Shown piece after piece: positions 48,974 to 62,064 of a stretch of DNA of 64,000 bases. How positions within the stretch are numbered: the first letter of the stretch is position 1; every line of letters begins with the position of its first letter. Source of the stretch: Octopus sinensis (taxonomy: Eukaryota); NCBI RefSeq assembly GCF_006345805.1, contig NC_043012.1, positions 37,324,001-37,388,000 on the forward strand, written 5' to 3'. The position numbers and the translations under genes are program-made. The notes below the pieces were generated by a model. That model did no database searches and was not told the origin of the DNA. It worked only from the letters and a program-made list of their open reading frames with translations.

Positions 48974-50563
48974 AATGTGTGTGTGTGTGTGTGTATGTAG
49001 AGAAATATACATGAATACATACACAATTTGCTCCAAAACTATTCAGAAAATACTATTATCAACAATATATAAATTTATGACCCCCTTGGTTTGCAACTGT
49101 TTTACGTTCAAAATGGCCAGATCCAGCCTCTCACACCTACCCAACCATGTCACTCTAAAATAAACTATCACATCATCGAAGTCTCGTAGTTACGAGGATT
49201 ATAAATGATTAATACAAAACTATGTGAATAAATAAGCATTACACTTGGTCAGATGATCCGAAGGCTGAAGGGTGGGTCAAGCCTTGGCCATCACACTAGG
49301 ACCACGACCTGCAGTTGACATTTCTAGCCTTGACCAACGAGAAAACAGGTGTTTGCTTGATCAAACGTGTCCCAGTTCTCAAGAACAATTGTTTGAAGAC
49401 AGCATTCTTTTACTGTTTTTTTTTTTTTTTTTTTTGTACTTGTTTCAGTCATTTGACTGCGGCCATGCTGGAGCACCGCCTTTAGAGTGGTGAAAGAGTA
49501 CAGCAGGGATCACCACCATCCCCTGCCGGAGCCTCGTGGAGCTTTTAGGTGTTTTCGCTCAATAAACACACACAACGCCCGGTCTGGGAATCGAAAACGC
49601 GATCCTCCGACCGCAAGTCCGCTGCCCTAACCACTGGGCCATTGCGCCTCCACGTTTGTTGATGTTTGTTGATGTCTGTTGATGTCTGTTGGAGATTTTG
49701 TTTAGAAACTGCTCTAAAATTAATCTGCCATTTATTATGTTTTGCCAATGTGTGTGTGTGTGTTGTGTGTGTGTGTGTGTGTGTATGTAGAGAAATATAC
49801 ATGAATACATACACAATTTGCTCCAAAACTATTCAGAAAATACTATTATCAACAATATATAAATTTATGACCCCCTTGGTTTGCAACTGTTTTACGTTCA
49901 AAATGGCCAGATCCAGCCTCTCACACCTACCCAACCATGTCACTCTAAAATAAACTATCACATCATCGAAGTCTCGTAGTTACGAGGATTATAAATGATT
50001 AATACAAAACTATGTGAATAAATAAGCATTACACTTGGTCAGATGATCCGAAGGCTGAAGGGTGGGTCAAGCCTTGGCCATCACACTAGGACCACGACCT
50101 GCAGTTGACATTTCTAGCCTTGACCAACGAGAAAACAGGTGTTTGCTTGATCAAACGTGTCCCAGTTCTCAAGAACAATTGTTTGAAGACAGCATTCTTT
50201 TACTGTTTTTTTTTTTTTTTTTTGTACTTGTTTCAGTCATTTGACTGCGGCCATGCTGGAGCACCGCCTTTAGAGTGGTGAAAGAGTACAGCAGGGATCA
50301 CCACCATCCCCTGCCGGAGCCTCGTGGAGCTTTTAGGTGTTTTCGCTCAATAAACACACACAACGCCCGGTCTGGGAATCGAAAACGCGATCCTCCGACC
50401 GCAAGTCCGCTGCCCTAACCACTGGGCCATTGCGCCTCCACGTTTGTTGATGTTTGTTGATGTCTGTTGATGTCTGTTGGAGATTTTGTTTAGAAACTGC
50501 TCTAAAATTAATCTGCCATTTATTATGTTTTGCCAATGTGTGTGTGTGTGTGTGTGTGTGTGT
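48974..50563 (+). repeat. Near-identical tandem duplication, period about 790 bp, bounded by (GT)n
   Basis: GTGTATGTAGAGAAATATAC at 48991 and 49781. The only difference seen is a poly-T of 20 versus 18 nt; the duplicated ORFs are the same. Confidence 0.92.
49416..49654 (-). mobile_element. Young tRNA-derived SINE, apparently chimeric (duplicated at about 50206-50442)
   Basis: GGAGGCGCAATGGCCCAGTGGTTAGGGCAGCGGAC...TTTTCGATTCCCAGACCGGGC head joined to the family A tail and poly-A. Confidence 0.75.
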
Positions 50564-51671
50564 TTCAGTGAAGGTTTGTACTGTTGGATAAAGAATACGT
50601 ATAAGGAAATGGCTTTCATTATTGTGAATGTGTCTGGAGAAACGAATGTTTTGAATTTGGAAGAACATTTGTCACTTTTGTTTGTGTGATGGTGATTGAA
50701 ATGAAAATCAATAACAATGTTTATTGATACAATCCTTCAGTGATGGCCATGAAGAACTGCCAAAGTCAAGGAGCTAAGTTCACCAAAACTAACTCCTTCT
50801 TTCCTATGATTCTTGGGCTGATCAATGTGATGTGTTGTTCTCCATTTCTCCAACATGGAAGATGGTGCCATCGTGTAAGAGATTTTGCAGGAATGAGGTT
50901 GGTGTTGAATTAAGGAAGCATTGGTTCCCCTAATGAGCCAGGCTGTTGCCTCGTTGTAAAGTCTATAATGACAATGTTAATTAGACAAGTGTTGAAAACA
51001 ACATATCAGAGAATAAGGAATCTTCCAAGAAGAACTTTGCTTTGATGAAATCTGTTTGGTACAAATAACACACATATGTTCATTCTTTGAGTCTTTTACT
51101 GGGAACCAATTTTTGCTAACATTTTTATTGACTCTGTATCCATTCGTTTTAGTAAGACACACACACACACATTTTCATTCTTTTACAGGGAACCGATATT
51201 TGCTAACACTTTTATTGACTCCGTAAGACCCTCCCACCCCACGCCCTCCCCCACAGTATATCTTGCGCATACAAGTGTATAAGTACGACTGCTACTGTTC
51301 AGTTTTGAGCTCTGCGTCGGTCATCATCGTCGTTCACTTGGCTTCCAGTTCTGTGGTTTGCTTCTGATGAGCAAACAGAGGAGGAATTGCGATGAAGATG
51401 GAGTTTACATAATTTTGTACCTCTGTAAGATAATGGCAGTGAAATGCTCCTCTGATGATCTGTTGTGGTCCCGCATCCAATTGCACTTGGAGAACAGCTT
51501 TTGGCAGCGGTTCCAGGCAACCACAATGGTGAAGTGTACGTTAGGAACGAATGATATAGACTTGGGTTTATTGTAATTTCTCCCATACATGCATATGTGT
51601 GTATGTGTGTGCTTGCATATGTATGTGTGTATGTATATGTATGTATATATATACATGCATATGTATGTTTA

Positions 51672-51717
<46 letters not shown>

Positions 51718-51979
51718 TACACATCAATGCACATACATATATATATAAACTGAAAATGGTGTGACATTTCTTGGTAAATTTTCGGTTGGTGCCACAACCT
51801 TTTTTTTTTTTTTTTTATTTCACATTCCATTTCCTAATCTAAAAATCTACTTCGTTAACGGCGAGACAAAACATTCTGATATTTAATATCACTTGAATAT
51901 ATATATATACATATATATATATATTATATATATATATATATTATATATATATATATATATAATATATATATATATTATA

Positions 51980-52021
<42 letters not shown>

Positions 52022-53660
52022 CAGGGGAAAATAAAGATAAATGAAAATATAAACAAAAACAAAAAAAAACCCACTTACAAAGTGTCCCTAGGGACTTTGT
52101 CTTTCTTGCCCTGCTCAGTCTCTGAAAATATGATGTGTGATGGCAAATCTTGCCATGTTTTGTTTTTCTCTATTTTGTGTATTGGAATGTTTTTTTGGTG
52201 ATTGTTTGATATAAATATATTCTGAATAAAAGCTTACAGAAACGATGTGAAAATCTATTGTTAATCCACATATACTTCATTCATATTATTTTATTTTATT
52301 ATAATTGTTTTTGTTGTTGTTCTGTGTGTAGTTGTTATTTATATTTCAAATATTATCTCCTATCATCCATTGTACACATTCAGCTAAAACTAAACTAGTT
52401 TTGCTCTCTCCAACATTCTTTTCCTGTTTTTTTTTTTAAATTAAACAATAAAAAAAATAAATCTAAATAAAGCTTTTCAATTTGATGTTTTTTATCTGTT
52501 GTTTTTATTTTTATTTCATCTTATTTTCTTTTCTTTTAATCCATCAATTGTGGAAATGTTTCACTGTTACCAACATCTGAAGATTATGGCATTGATTTTA
52601 ACACAAGAAGGTTAATTAAGCCTTTCCTCATTCTCTACAGAATATCTCCAAATGAATTTAAATAATTTTGCACATCCAACTCCTGTTGAATTTCCAATTC
52701 TTAGATTTTTCTTAAAATCAGTGAAAACATTTGCCTTTTTATATTTTTATGATTTCTATTAACAATCCACATCTTGACCCCGTGATTTGACCTTCTCTTT
52801 CTATTTATCACAACGTAGCCACCACGATGACTTCGGTGAGTATTAACCCCTACATTTCCACTTTTACAAAATTCATTAGGAATAAAGTAAAAACCTCTTA
52901 TGTTTTTAATTCACATTTCTTATTTTTATGTTTATATTTTGCTTCTTTTCTTTGTTTGTGTACCATTTCTTATTTTTTCAAGTTTTTTTCTTCAAAAAAT
53001 ATTCCAACATTTCATTAGATCTGTCTCTTTATTATCTTAAGTTTGTTGTTGTTGTTGCTGTTGTTATCCACTTTGCCGCCGTGTATTCATTAGCCAGCAT
53101 GTTTGTAGTTCGTTAAAGTGGTGCTAATTACTGAGTTAACCTATTGTTTGATATTGTTTTACACCCCCACCTCCACCCCACCCCCTTAGCTTCTCTAGAA
53201 ATGGTTTTTGTTGCAACTATTGGTTCACAGAAGGATTCCACCTTTGTTCCTACTTTGACGCAGAGAACTTAACGTAAGCATGGAACCTGTCATCAGCCAG
53301 GCAGCCTGAAGCAGGCAACAGTTTGCACCTTAACTGAGACTACAGTAAAATCTACATTTATACATACAATTGAGTGATTGGGCGGAGGGGTAGCACCAGC
53401 TTCGTATTCCAGGCTTCGTACTTTTTAGCAAATTGTGAAGAAATAGCAAAACAAAAAAAAAAAAAAAAAAAAAAAAGCACAATAATGATGATGAGAATGG
53501 AAGTTGGTTGGAAGTGAAAGCTGCAGTTGACTGAAGAAACTTTGGAAATCCAGCAATTCCAAAGATATTAGGTATTTCATATACATTAGTTACATGTCAA
53601 AAGATCTTGATATAGAGACATGATATAGTTGGGGCCAGTTTTAATGTGATAGAATGCTCT

Positions 53661-53932
53661 TCATCATCATCATCATCATCATTGTTTAGCGTCCGCTTTC
53701 CATGCTAGCATGGGTTGGACGGTTCAACTGGGGTCTGGGAAGCCAGAAGGCTGCACCAGGCCCAGTCTGATCTGGCAGTGTTTCTACGGCTGGATGCCCT
53801 TCCTAACACCAACCACTCCATGAGTGTAGTGAGTGCTTTTTACGTGCCACCCGCACAGGTGCCAGACGGAGCTGGCAAACGGCCACGGACAGATGGTGCT
53901 TTTTTTACGTGCCACCAGCACGGGGGCCAGGC
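53661..53932 (-). mobile_element. Family C retroposon 3' part
   Basis: Highly similar to 1453-1710, including the internally duplicated GGTGCTTTTTACGTGCCACC. Confidence 0.75.
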
Positions 53933-56900
53933 GATCCATTAAAAACCTTGAGAGGGAACTTTCTTAGACCAAGGCTTTACTGACAAAGTAGAATAAAGAT
54001 GAATCACATCTGAAGTTGTTTCTAATGATCAGAATCATTCCTGACTAAATTCTACTTTTAATTGAAATTTCCCAAGTTGTCTCCCTTGATTTTTTGGCCA
54101 GAATTGTTAACATTTTGATTTATTTTTCTCAGTAATACATGTGTTTCCTTCTAATGTATTGCCTCACTCTATTAATTATGTTAGCACTGGTTTCACCGTA
54201 ATTAAGACACCCTTCTAGTAATTTTTTCTATTTTGATAATAATGTTGGTAGTTCCTGTAACATAGTAGTAGTAGTAGCAGCAGTAAAGTAGTCCATTTTT
54301 AATCTAGTTGGAACTGTTGTGACATCATCTTGTCACCAATTCCAAAGTAATTGTCTTGGATATTGCAAGAGCTATTTCAAAATGGAAGTAGAAATGGTAA
54401 ATGCCTATGCTGAACCAATGAAGCACCATTCTGCTGTTAGATTTCTTCAGCTCTGTTAAAATGGTTATAAATCAACAAAGGAACTGTTTGGTGAGTTGCT
54501 CAGTTTGCTAGAAATGACAGCTAAATCTCTCTCTGAAAATGATACTCTACAAGAATGATACATTGGGTAATGTACTCCTAGATGCACTATGCCTTACAAA
54601 TTAATGGAATTATCATGACTTCTTTTGACCATTGTTCTGTTCATTGCCATTCTATGCATTTGGTCCTTAACTACCGATAGCTTCATAAAGAACCCCTCTG
54701 TGATATATAGCATACTTTGGGCTTCTGAACCTAGTGGGGCCTGCCACTCCGCAGGTCTGGTTGGCGCCAGTTATTTCCAGATCTTTCTTGGATAAGTCAG
54801 CTATAACTGATTTCTTATCGTGGAAGAAGCAGTCTATTTCAGTATTGGGTTGGTTCTTCAATTATTGACCTCCAGAGGGCGAATGGTAAAGTTCACCATG
54901 GTGGTATTTGAATTTGGAGCACCAAGATTGGGAATGAATGTTGCAAGACAGTCTAAAATGACTTTAGCAATTCTTCAGAAATGGATGATTCCAATGGACA
55001 TTTCTGTCTGGTACCAGCTTTGGGAGTTGGTTGTGGTTATGTTCTGACCTTTCAACATTCAGATTCCTGTCAAATGCATTGTCTTGTAGCTTTCAGGTTT
55101 CACTGATGTAATTGTTTATTTTTAGAATGACATAGTAGGGTAGGTGTGAGGGATCAGATCTGGCCAGTTTGAACATAAAACAGAATATTTGGACCCTGGA
55201 TTTGGCTGGTTTCAATAGCAGAGGGAGGTTTGGACCCAATTGAGTAGATCCTCAATCAAAGCCATTCTGGCCATGACCACCCAATCTTCTTCAGAATATA
55301 TGTAGGACAACATTGTTAAACAAATGATTATTTTCTTTAGATGGTAGGATGTGATTTGAAAAAGATTTAGCTGTTATTTCTAGCAGATCATGTGACCAGT
55401 TGAACACTAAAACTTTTCAGTCACTTAGAGTTGTTTCGTGTTTGTTTTGCTATATTTTGCAGTTCATATTTTGTTTGTTTACCATTCGTTTGTTTTTGCA
55501 CACCAGGTGGCACTGTTGTTTCTCAACGCAATAACTCTGAAACAGTTATTATATTCAATTGCTTTGTTTCCATAGTAACAACAGCTCCCTTCTTTAATAC
55601 CATTTCCTTGGTTTCTGAAATTATTATTATGATTATGTCAGCACAACAGGTAAAATGTTTATTGGTATTTCACCTGTCTTTACCTTCTGAACTCATATTC
55701 CACTGATGTCAGCTTTACCTTTCAGGCTGGGGTCAATGGGATCAACTGACCTCCTCCCCCAAAATTCCAGGCCTTTTGCCTGTAGTCAAAAGGATTATTA
55801 ATTATAATTGTTGTTATTAAGATGGAAGGGCTTGCAAAAGCATTAGAACATGGAAGGCCCCCATTTTTCTGTTGCTTTGGGGCACCAGATTATGAAGACC
55901 AGGGATGCTGTTGGGTATGCTTGCTTCCACACAATGCTACAGGGAAAATAATGACTATGAAATTATAAAGATGAGGGACATTTAACAAAGAAAAATGGTC
56001 TTTTGTGGAAGTTTTAGGGGATTAACGATCTGGAAACATGTTTAATTAGTTTCAAGTAGATAGTAATTTAAATCAATTAGTGTTACATTAAAAACTGTGA
56101 ATTAAGTCTAATATCAAACCTCGTTAATTACAGGTGAAATCTTTTGCTGACGAATTGAAGAGATCGCTATTATAGTTTATTGTTGCATTTGCATGTTGTC
56201 TTTTTTGTTTACAGTATTATTAATTAATTGGTTTACCTTTTAATTAAGTGGCTCTACTTGATCACCTCCCTTTCTCCTTGTCCTCAAGACATAGGATTCT
56301 TTTGGGATTCAGTACAGTTGGTCGTCATAACACCTTTGATCTTTAGGTTAGCTCAGTCAGGGCTGTCCTGGAGCTAAATAACAACAACAACAGATCTAAG
56401 CAGTTGTACTGAAACTAAAAACCACTATGAGAAGGATGAGACCAGTAGAACTGACCTGGGGCTAAACAATAACAACAGCTGTACTGAAGTGAAAAGACCA
56501 TTGGGACAGGATGGAGACCAGTGTCTGGCTGCTGTCTGTTTTGGCTTATATTTTTGATTAGATCTTGTACCATGTTTAAATGAGTCATGGACTGAGTCTG
56601 TTACACAAAAAAAACAGTAAGATTCTGTACGAATTTGTCGAGATTCGCTAAGAAGGCATTGTTTGATGTAAATCTGCGACTATGGTGCAAGATATTTGTC
56701 TTAGAGACTGCACCACGGAATTGAACCCCAACCATGTTTTTAGGAAGTACCTATTTCTTAACCATTCACTGATGCCCTTCAGTACCATTCTGAAAGCCTT
56801 CCTCAGAAATCCATTTTACAGAATTAATATATTACACCTGAAAATAGTTTGTGTTCAAAGCCAGGTTTAAGCCCTGGGTTACCTAATTAGGTTCAGTGGA

Positions 56901-58481
56901 TGTCAAGGAATGTGAGTCTGTCGAGCACCAAGCAGTGACACAGCACCATTTGACAACTAATTGACCTGGCTAATTTCCTCAGCACTGTAAAAATGGTCAT
57001 TAGCCAACAAAGGGACCCTTCTTAGGGTTGCTTGATTTGTTAGGAATAGCAGCCAAATCTCCCCCAATTTTGGCTAATTTAATGGTACTATTGCAGCTAA
57101 CCTTATATAAACTGCCCTGCACTAATGTACCATCTACAGACTCCCTATTCTACCCTTTTGCTACAAATCTACCTGGGGCCACCCTTGTTTCTTTGATACA
57201 AACTCTCTGTTTCAAAGTGATCCAAAAGTCTTTCATCAAAATTTCATGTAGATTTGTATTCCAAACCCTAAACCCTTCATTATTTTAAGAAGTAATTGAA
57301 ATAAGGGTATTGTATTTCAGTGGAAACGGTAACGAGGGGATTAAGGCAATCTAAATTAAAATTTCATGTTAATCTATGATCCAAAGACTGCCTTAATAAG
57401 AACAATGTCGTTTTTCTTAAATTCCTTATTTTCAAAATTGATTTAAAATAAATGAGAAATATTTTAACAAGAATATACCATCTTTATGGTAAGAGAAAGG
57501 ACAAGAAGTGATTTTAGTTAAAGATCTCTCTGGAGGATAATTCTGATTAAGCTAATCTAAGACTAATACGGAGGTGATTGAGTTAGTCCTGGATTTATTT
57601 CTAAATGTTTGTTTTTATTTAAATTTTTTTTTGCTTTCGTGTTTTATTAAAAAGAATGTTATTTTCCCAACACAGTTGATGTTTCCTTTGAGGATTGCAA
57701 ATGTTTGAATCTGGAATTATTTAAATTGTTTTAACGTTTTATTTTAAATAACAATAAATATTTCAAATTCTTTTTTCTCTGAATCACTAACTACGATAAA
57801 GTTTAGGAATTATTGAATTGAAGTAAAAAAAATTTTAAATTAACGATAACAAGGTCTTCTTTTTGCTTAGATATTAAAACAAATAATGCCCCTCAGTTAA
57901 AGAGCGCATTGAGTTACCTCCCTTGAGCACATGTGTGACCTGAGTTGCCTCCCCTACCAATTTATGCTATTTTTTTTTAAGAGGCCGAGTCGTCTTTCCT
58001 TCTCAGCATTATTAATTAAACAAATGATTATTTCTGCTCATTAAGAGCAGGAATGTAATCAAACAAAATTTGCTAGCTGACTACATTAAATAGGTCAGCC
58101 CTTAGTTTACTATTTGGCTATCATTCAGCGCGTGATCCCTGCACATTTTCCCTGGTTTCGTAATAATTATTGCATTCAGCATTATGGGCCTTGCATCAGC
58201 CCCCAACGCTATTTGGCCGTGGTTGTTAGGGTTCAATTCCCAACCACGTCGTCCGTAATCTGGAGTTTTAATTGCTCAGCCATTGTATCTGCTCCTGAAT
58301 GTACCAATGGCCAACGGTAATTACGAAACAGCACACCTCTGTACAGGTAGAGACTGATACACATTCATCAGTTTTCTAGGCTTTCCCAATGAAGAAGACA
58401 TTGTTTTCAATGTCTTGTACCTTTTTCACACAAACATACATCCACGTTTCATTACATATATATATAAAGCACAAAAAATAC

Positions 58482-58650
58482 AACAATGCGAGGACGTGGA
58501 ACAAATACAGTATTATTGGACGCTCAGGAAAGAAGGAGGGTTTAACGTTTCAAGCGGAGCTCTTCGTCGGAAACATAGGAGAAGGAAAGATCCAGAGAAG
58601 GGAAGACAGAGGGAAAAAAAAATCGCCAACGGTACACACGAGGTCACATT
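58482..58650 (-). mobile_element. Dispersed repeat family E carrying a minimal hammerhead-like core
   Basis: Colinear with 4738-4920. Confidence 0.6.
58540..58574 (-). ncRNA. Minimal hammerhead-like core, family 2 (U4C variant)
   Basis: Minus: GTTT CCGACGA A GAGC-TCC-GCTT GAAA CG TT AAAC. Stem I GTTT/AAAC and a palindromic ACGT stem III. Confidence 0.55.
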
Positions 58651-59529
58651 ATATATATAAATTATATATATTATATTATATATATATATAAATATATAAA
58701 TATATACCTGTTTTTAGAAGAATAATGTATTAAACTTTTAACGAGGGAAAGGTTGACTGGATCATCCGATTGTCTGTAACTTTGAAGTCATTGTCGACCT
58801 TTTTAAACGTTTAATGTATCTTCATATCTAAAAAGTATTAAATAATCCTTCACTTTAATCTTCGATAGTCTTGCATTGAAAACAGACATCAATATATAAG
58901 TGTGTGTGTGTGTGTGTGTTTGTGTGTGTATTTATAAATATGTATCTGGTATTTGTATTTATTTATTGTATGTGTAATTAATGAGTTCAATTGCTTATCG
59001 TTTTAATTTATATTCAGCTTTCAGAACCTGGCACCTTCTTTGGTGAAGTTCTCTATTGGGCTGTAACAGCTACAACCCCGGCATCTTACTATGGCAGCAT
59101 GACTAGTGAAGATTTCTCAGTTGAAAGAAACAGTGTTACTCTCTCTCTCTCTCTCTTTCTCTCTTTCTGTCTTTCTCACACGTACACTCACCAATGGCAC
59201 GGACAGAACTGATCATCTAAACTCTGGCGCTAACGCAGAGTATCAGTTGTTAATGCAGTTTTTCTAGCAATTACTGTTATCTCAGAGTTTTCTATTTAAG
59301 AAGATATTTGAAAAGAAAAGAAAAGAAAAGAAGAAAAAAAAACCCTCAAACAAACAAAAAAAAAGAAAGGAAAAAAGAAAACAATCATAAATTTATCTTC
59401 ATATTTTCGTTTGTTTTTTTGTCATTAGCTACACATTTTTTTGTTTCAATCATTTGAAAAAAAAAAATTTTTTTTAACACCAAAGGAAAACCTGGCAGTA
59501 TTTTGAACGTGGACCAACGGTCATCTGTT

Positions 59530-59568
<39 letters not shown>

Positions 59569-60579
59569 AAGGAAAATATAACTTATTCTATTCATCATTT
59601 CTTTTATACTTCAATTAACACACACATGTTGAAATAAAATAGCAAAATATGACATCTGTGGTGATACCATCATGAATAATAATAATAATAATAACAATAA
59701 TAATAATAATAATACTAATAATGATAATATATAAAAAAGAACATGCATATTTCATCCTACAAAAAGGGCCGAGAGTTGGAACTTCATCAAGCTCTATGTG
59801 CCTCCAGCTCTTCTCACTTTCATCCACTCTTGCTCTCTTTCTCTCTCTCTCTCTCTATTTATATCTACCTATCTACCTTTTAATCTATCTTCCTTTATTT
59901 TCTCTCTTTCCCCTCCTTTCTCTCTCTCTATATATCTCTCTCTCTCTCTCTATCTATCTCTCACTCTCTCTCCTCTCTCATACACAGCCACACACACACA
60001 TGCAAGCATGCATACACTCATACAGACAACCAGGCACATGCATATACAACACTCTGACTTCACCCCCCCCCTGTAATCTTCTCCGCTCTGTCTGTCTGTC
60101 GACATGACAACCCACCCTCTCCATCTCCCCATGTCTGTGTGTCACATCAACCATTTGTTTGGATGGAAGCACATTGCATCTACTCCAGAGTTTTGTCTCT
60201 AAACACAATGGGACGAATGACAACAACAACAACAACAACACAACAAAAGAAACAACAAAAAACAAACAAACAAACAAAAAAAAACCAATCAGATTTCATT
60301 CTTTTCACTTTTCTTTCTTAAAACTCTTGTTGCGACATCATTTTTTTTTTTTTTTGGAAAAGTAACATTGAAGTAAAAGAAAAAAAAAAGCAAGAGAAAA
60401 AGTTTGTAAAAATGAAAGAAAGAAAGAACTATTAATCAATGTGACTCCCCTGCCCCCACCCCCCACCACCATCTCGAAGAATTAACGCAACAACAACAAC
60501 AGCAACAAACCTCTGCCTCCCTATTTCCAGGCATCTCCTCTTTACGCGGAGGAGTGCCATTATTCTCAAAGAAAACTGT

Positions 60580-60613
<34 letters not shown>

Positions 60614-61555
60614 CACTACTCCACATGAAAACTTTTTCTACTCTTATATTATTATATATATATGAACTTCTTAGAAATGGATATTTCTGTATTTTATTAT
60701 AATCCAAAAACTTAGTTTAGACACAAATTTTTTTATATATGGAGAAAAAAAACAAACCAAACACAATAAATAAAAATGCGAAAAAAAAACTCCAAAAAAA
60801 AATCAAGAAATTTTCAAATAATAATAATAATAATAATAATGATAATAATAATAATGATAACACTACTACTACTACTAATAATAAATAAATGATATTATTA
60901 TTGATAATAATAATAATAATAATCGTAATAGTCATGTAAGAAACTTTGAAAAGAAAATGTAAAATAAACAAACAAAAGAAAAAGGGCAAAATTCAGAGAT
61001 TTTCGTTATTTAAGACAGTCTTGAAGTCAGCCAAGAGCAATAATAATAAATAAATAAATATATATATTATTGCTTTCATATATACATCATCTTTATCATT
61101 GAGTTACTCCAAGACTGTTCCATGCGTGGAACTAATACATCTTATATTCCTGAGCCATATTAGATGCTAATAGCAGAGATTTTTTATTTCCCTCTCATAA
61201 ACTCAAAGTTCTTCATTAACCATTTTTTCATTATCTCAGTTTTTTTTTTTCCAATTTTTTTTCCTATACTAGTCATGTTTATCTATTGTTTTTTTTATTA
61301 TTTATGTATATGAAAAGGCAAAAACAAAAACTTTGCTGACATTCAATGGGAAAAGTAAAGATTTGTAATAGTAACGTAAATACCTATGGCAGTGCCCCAG
61401 CATGGCCACAGCCTTTCGACTGGGAACAACACATAAAGGTAGGAAAAAAAAAATCCAAAAGCTTGTGTGTCAAAGACAAGTTATTAATATTTAACTGATC
61501 TTTTATTTTAGTACTTTTACACAAGTATGTACATCTCACACCTATTTATATGCAT

Positions 61556-61607
<52 letters not shown>

Positions 61608-61977
61608 ATACACACACACACACACATATATTTATATATTTTGAAGTGGTGTATAGATTTTATATATTAAGAAAAAGGAGAAAATCAGAATTTTATAAAA
61701 TAAATGTTTTTAGTTCTTTTCATCTCTTTTGAGAGATTCATCAGAAATGGTTTGTTTACAGAAAATTTATGCCTTTTATGAAAAAAAAGTCTGGAGTTCA
61801 ATTAAGAAGAGAATGTTCTTTGTTCTTCCCAACCGAACTCCAGACTTTTCCAATTAACTCACGTATATTTAAAAGGCATCAATTTTTTTGCAGACACAGC
61901 ATTCATAATGAATCTTGCAAAAGAGATGAAAGCACTAAATAAATGATTCTCTGAAATTCTGACTACCTCTTTTTTTC

Positions 61978-62064
<87 letters not shown>

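Noticed and set aside
51376-51480. Two CTGATGA heptamers, plus one at about 53290 on the minus strand
   Set aside because: No correctly placed stem II plus GAAA.
54290-55040. Complex-sequence stretch with short ORFs on both strands
   Set aside because: No recognisable motif; probably a decayed TE but unassignable.
58215-58245. TGGCCGTGGTTGTTAGGGTTCAATTCCC as a tRNA gene
   Set aside because: A- and B-box-like motifs are too close together and there is no cloverleaf. No functional tRNA or rRNA gene, and no CRISPR array, was found anywhere in the window.
59200-59250. Small hairpin ACTGAT..ACTCTG-GCGCTAACG-CAGAGT-ATCAGT
   Set aside because: Short bulged stem expected by chance, with no family motif.
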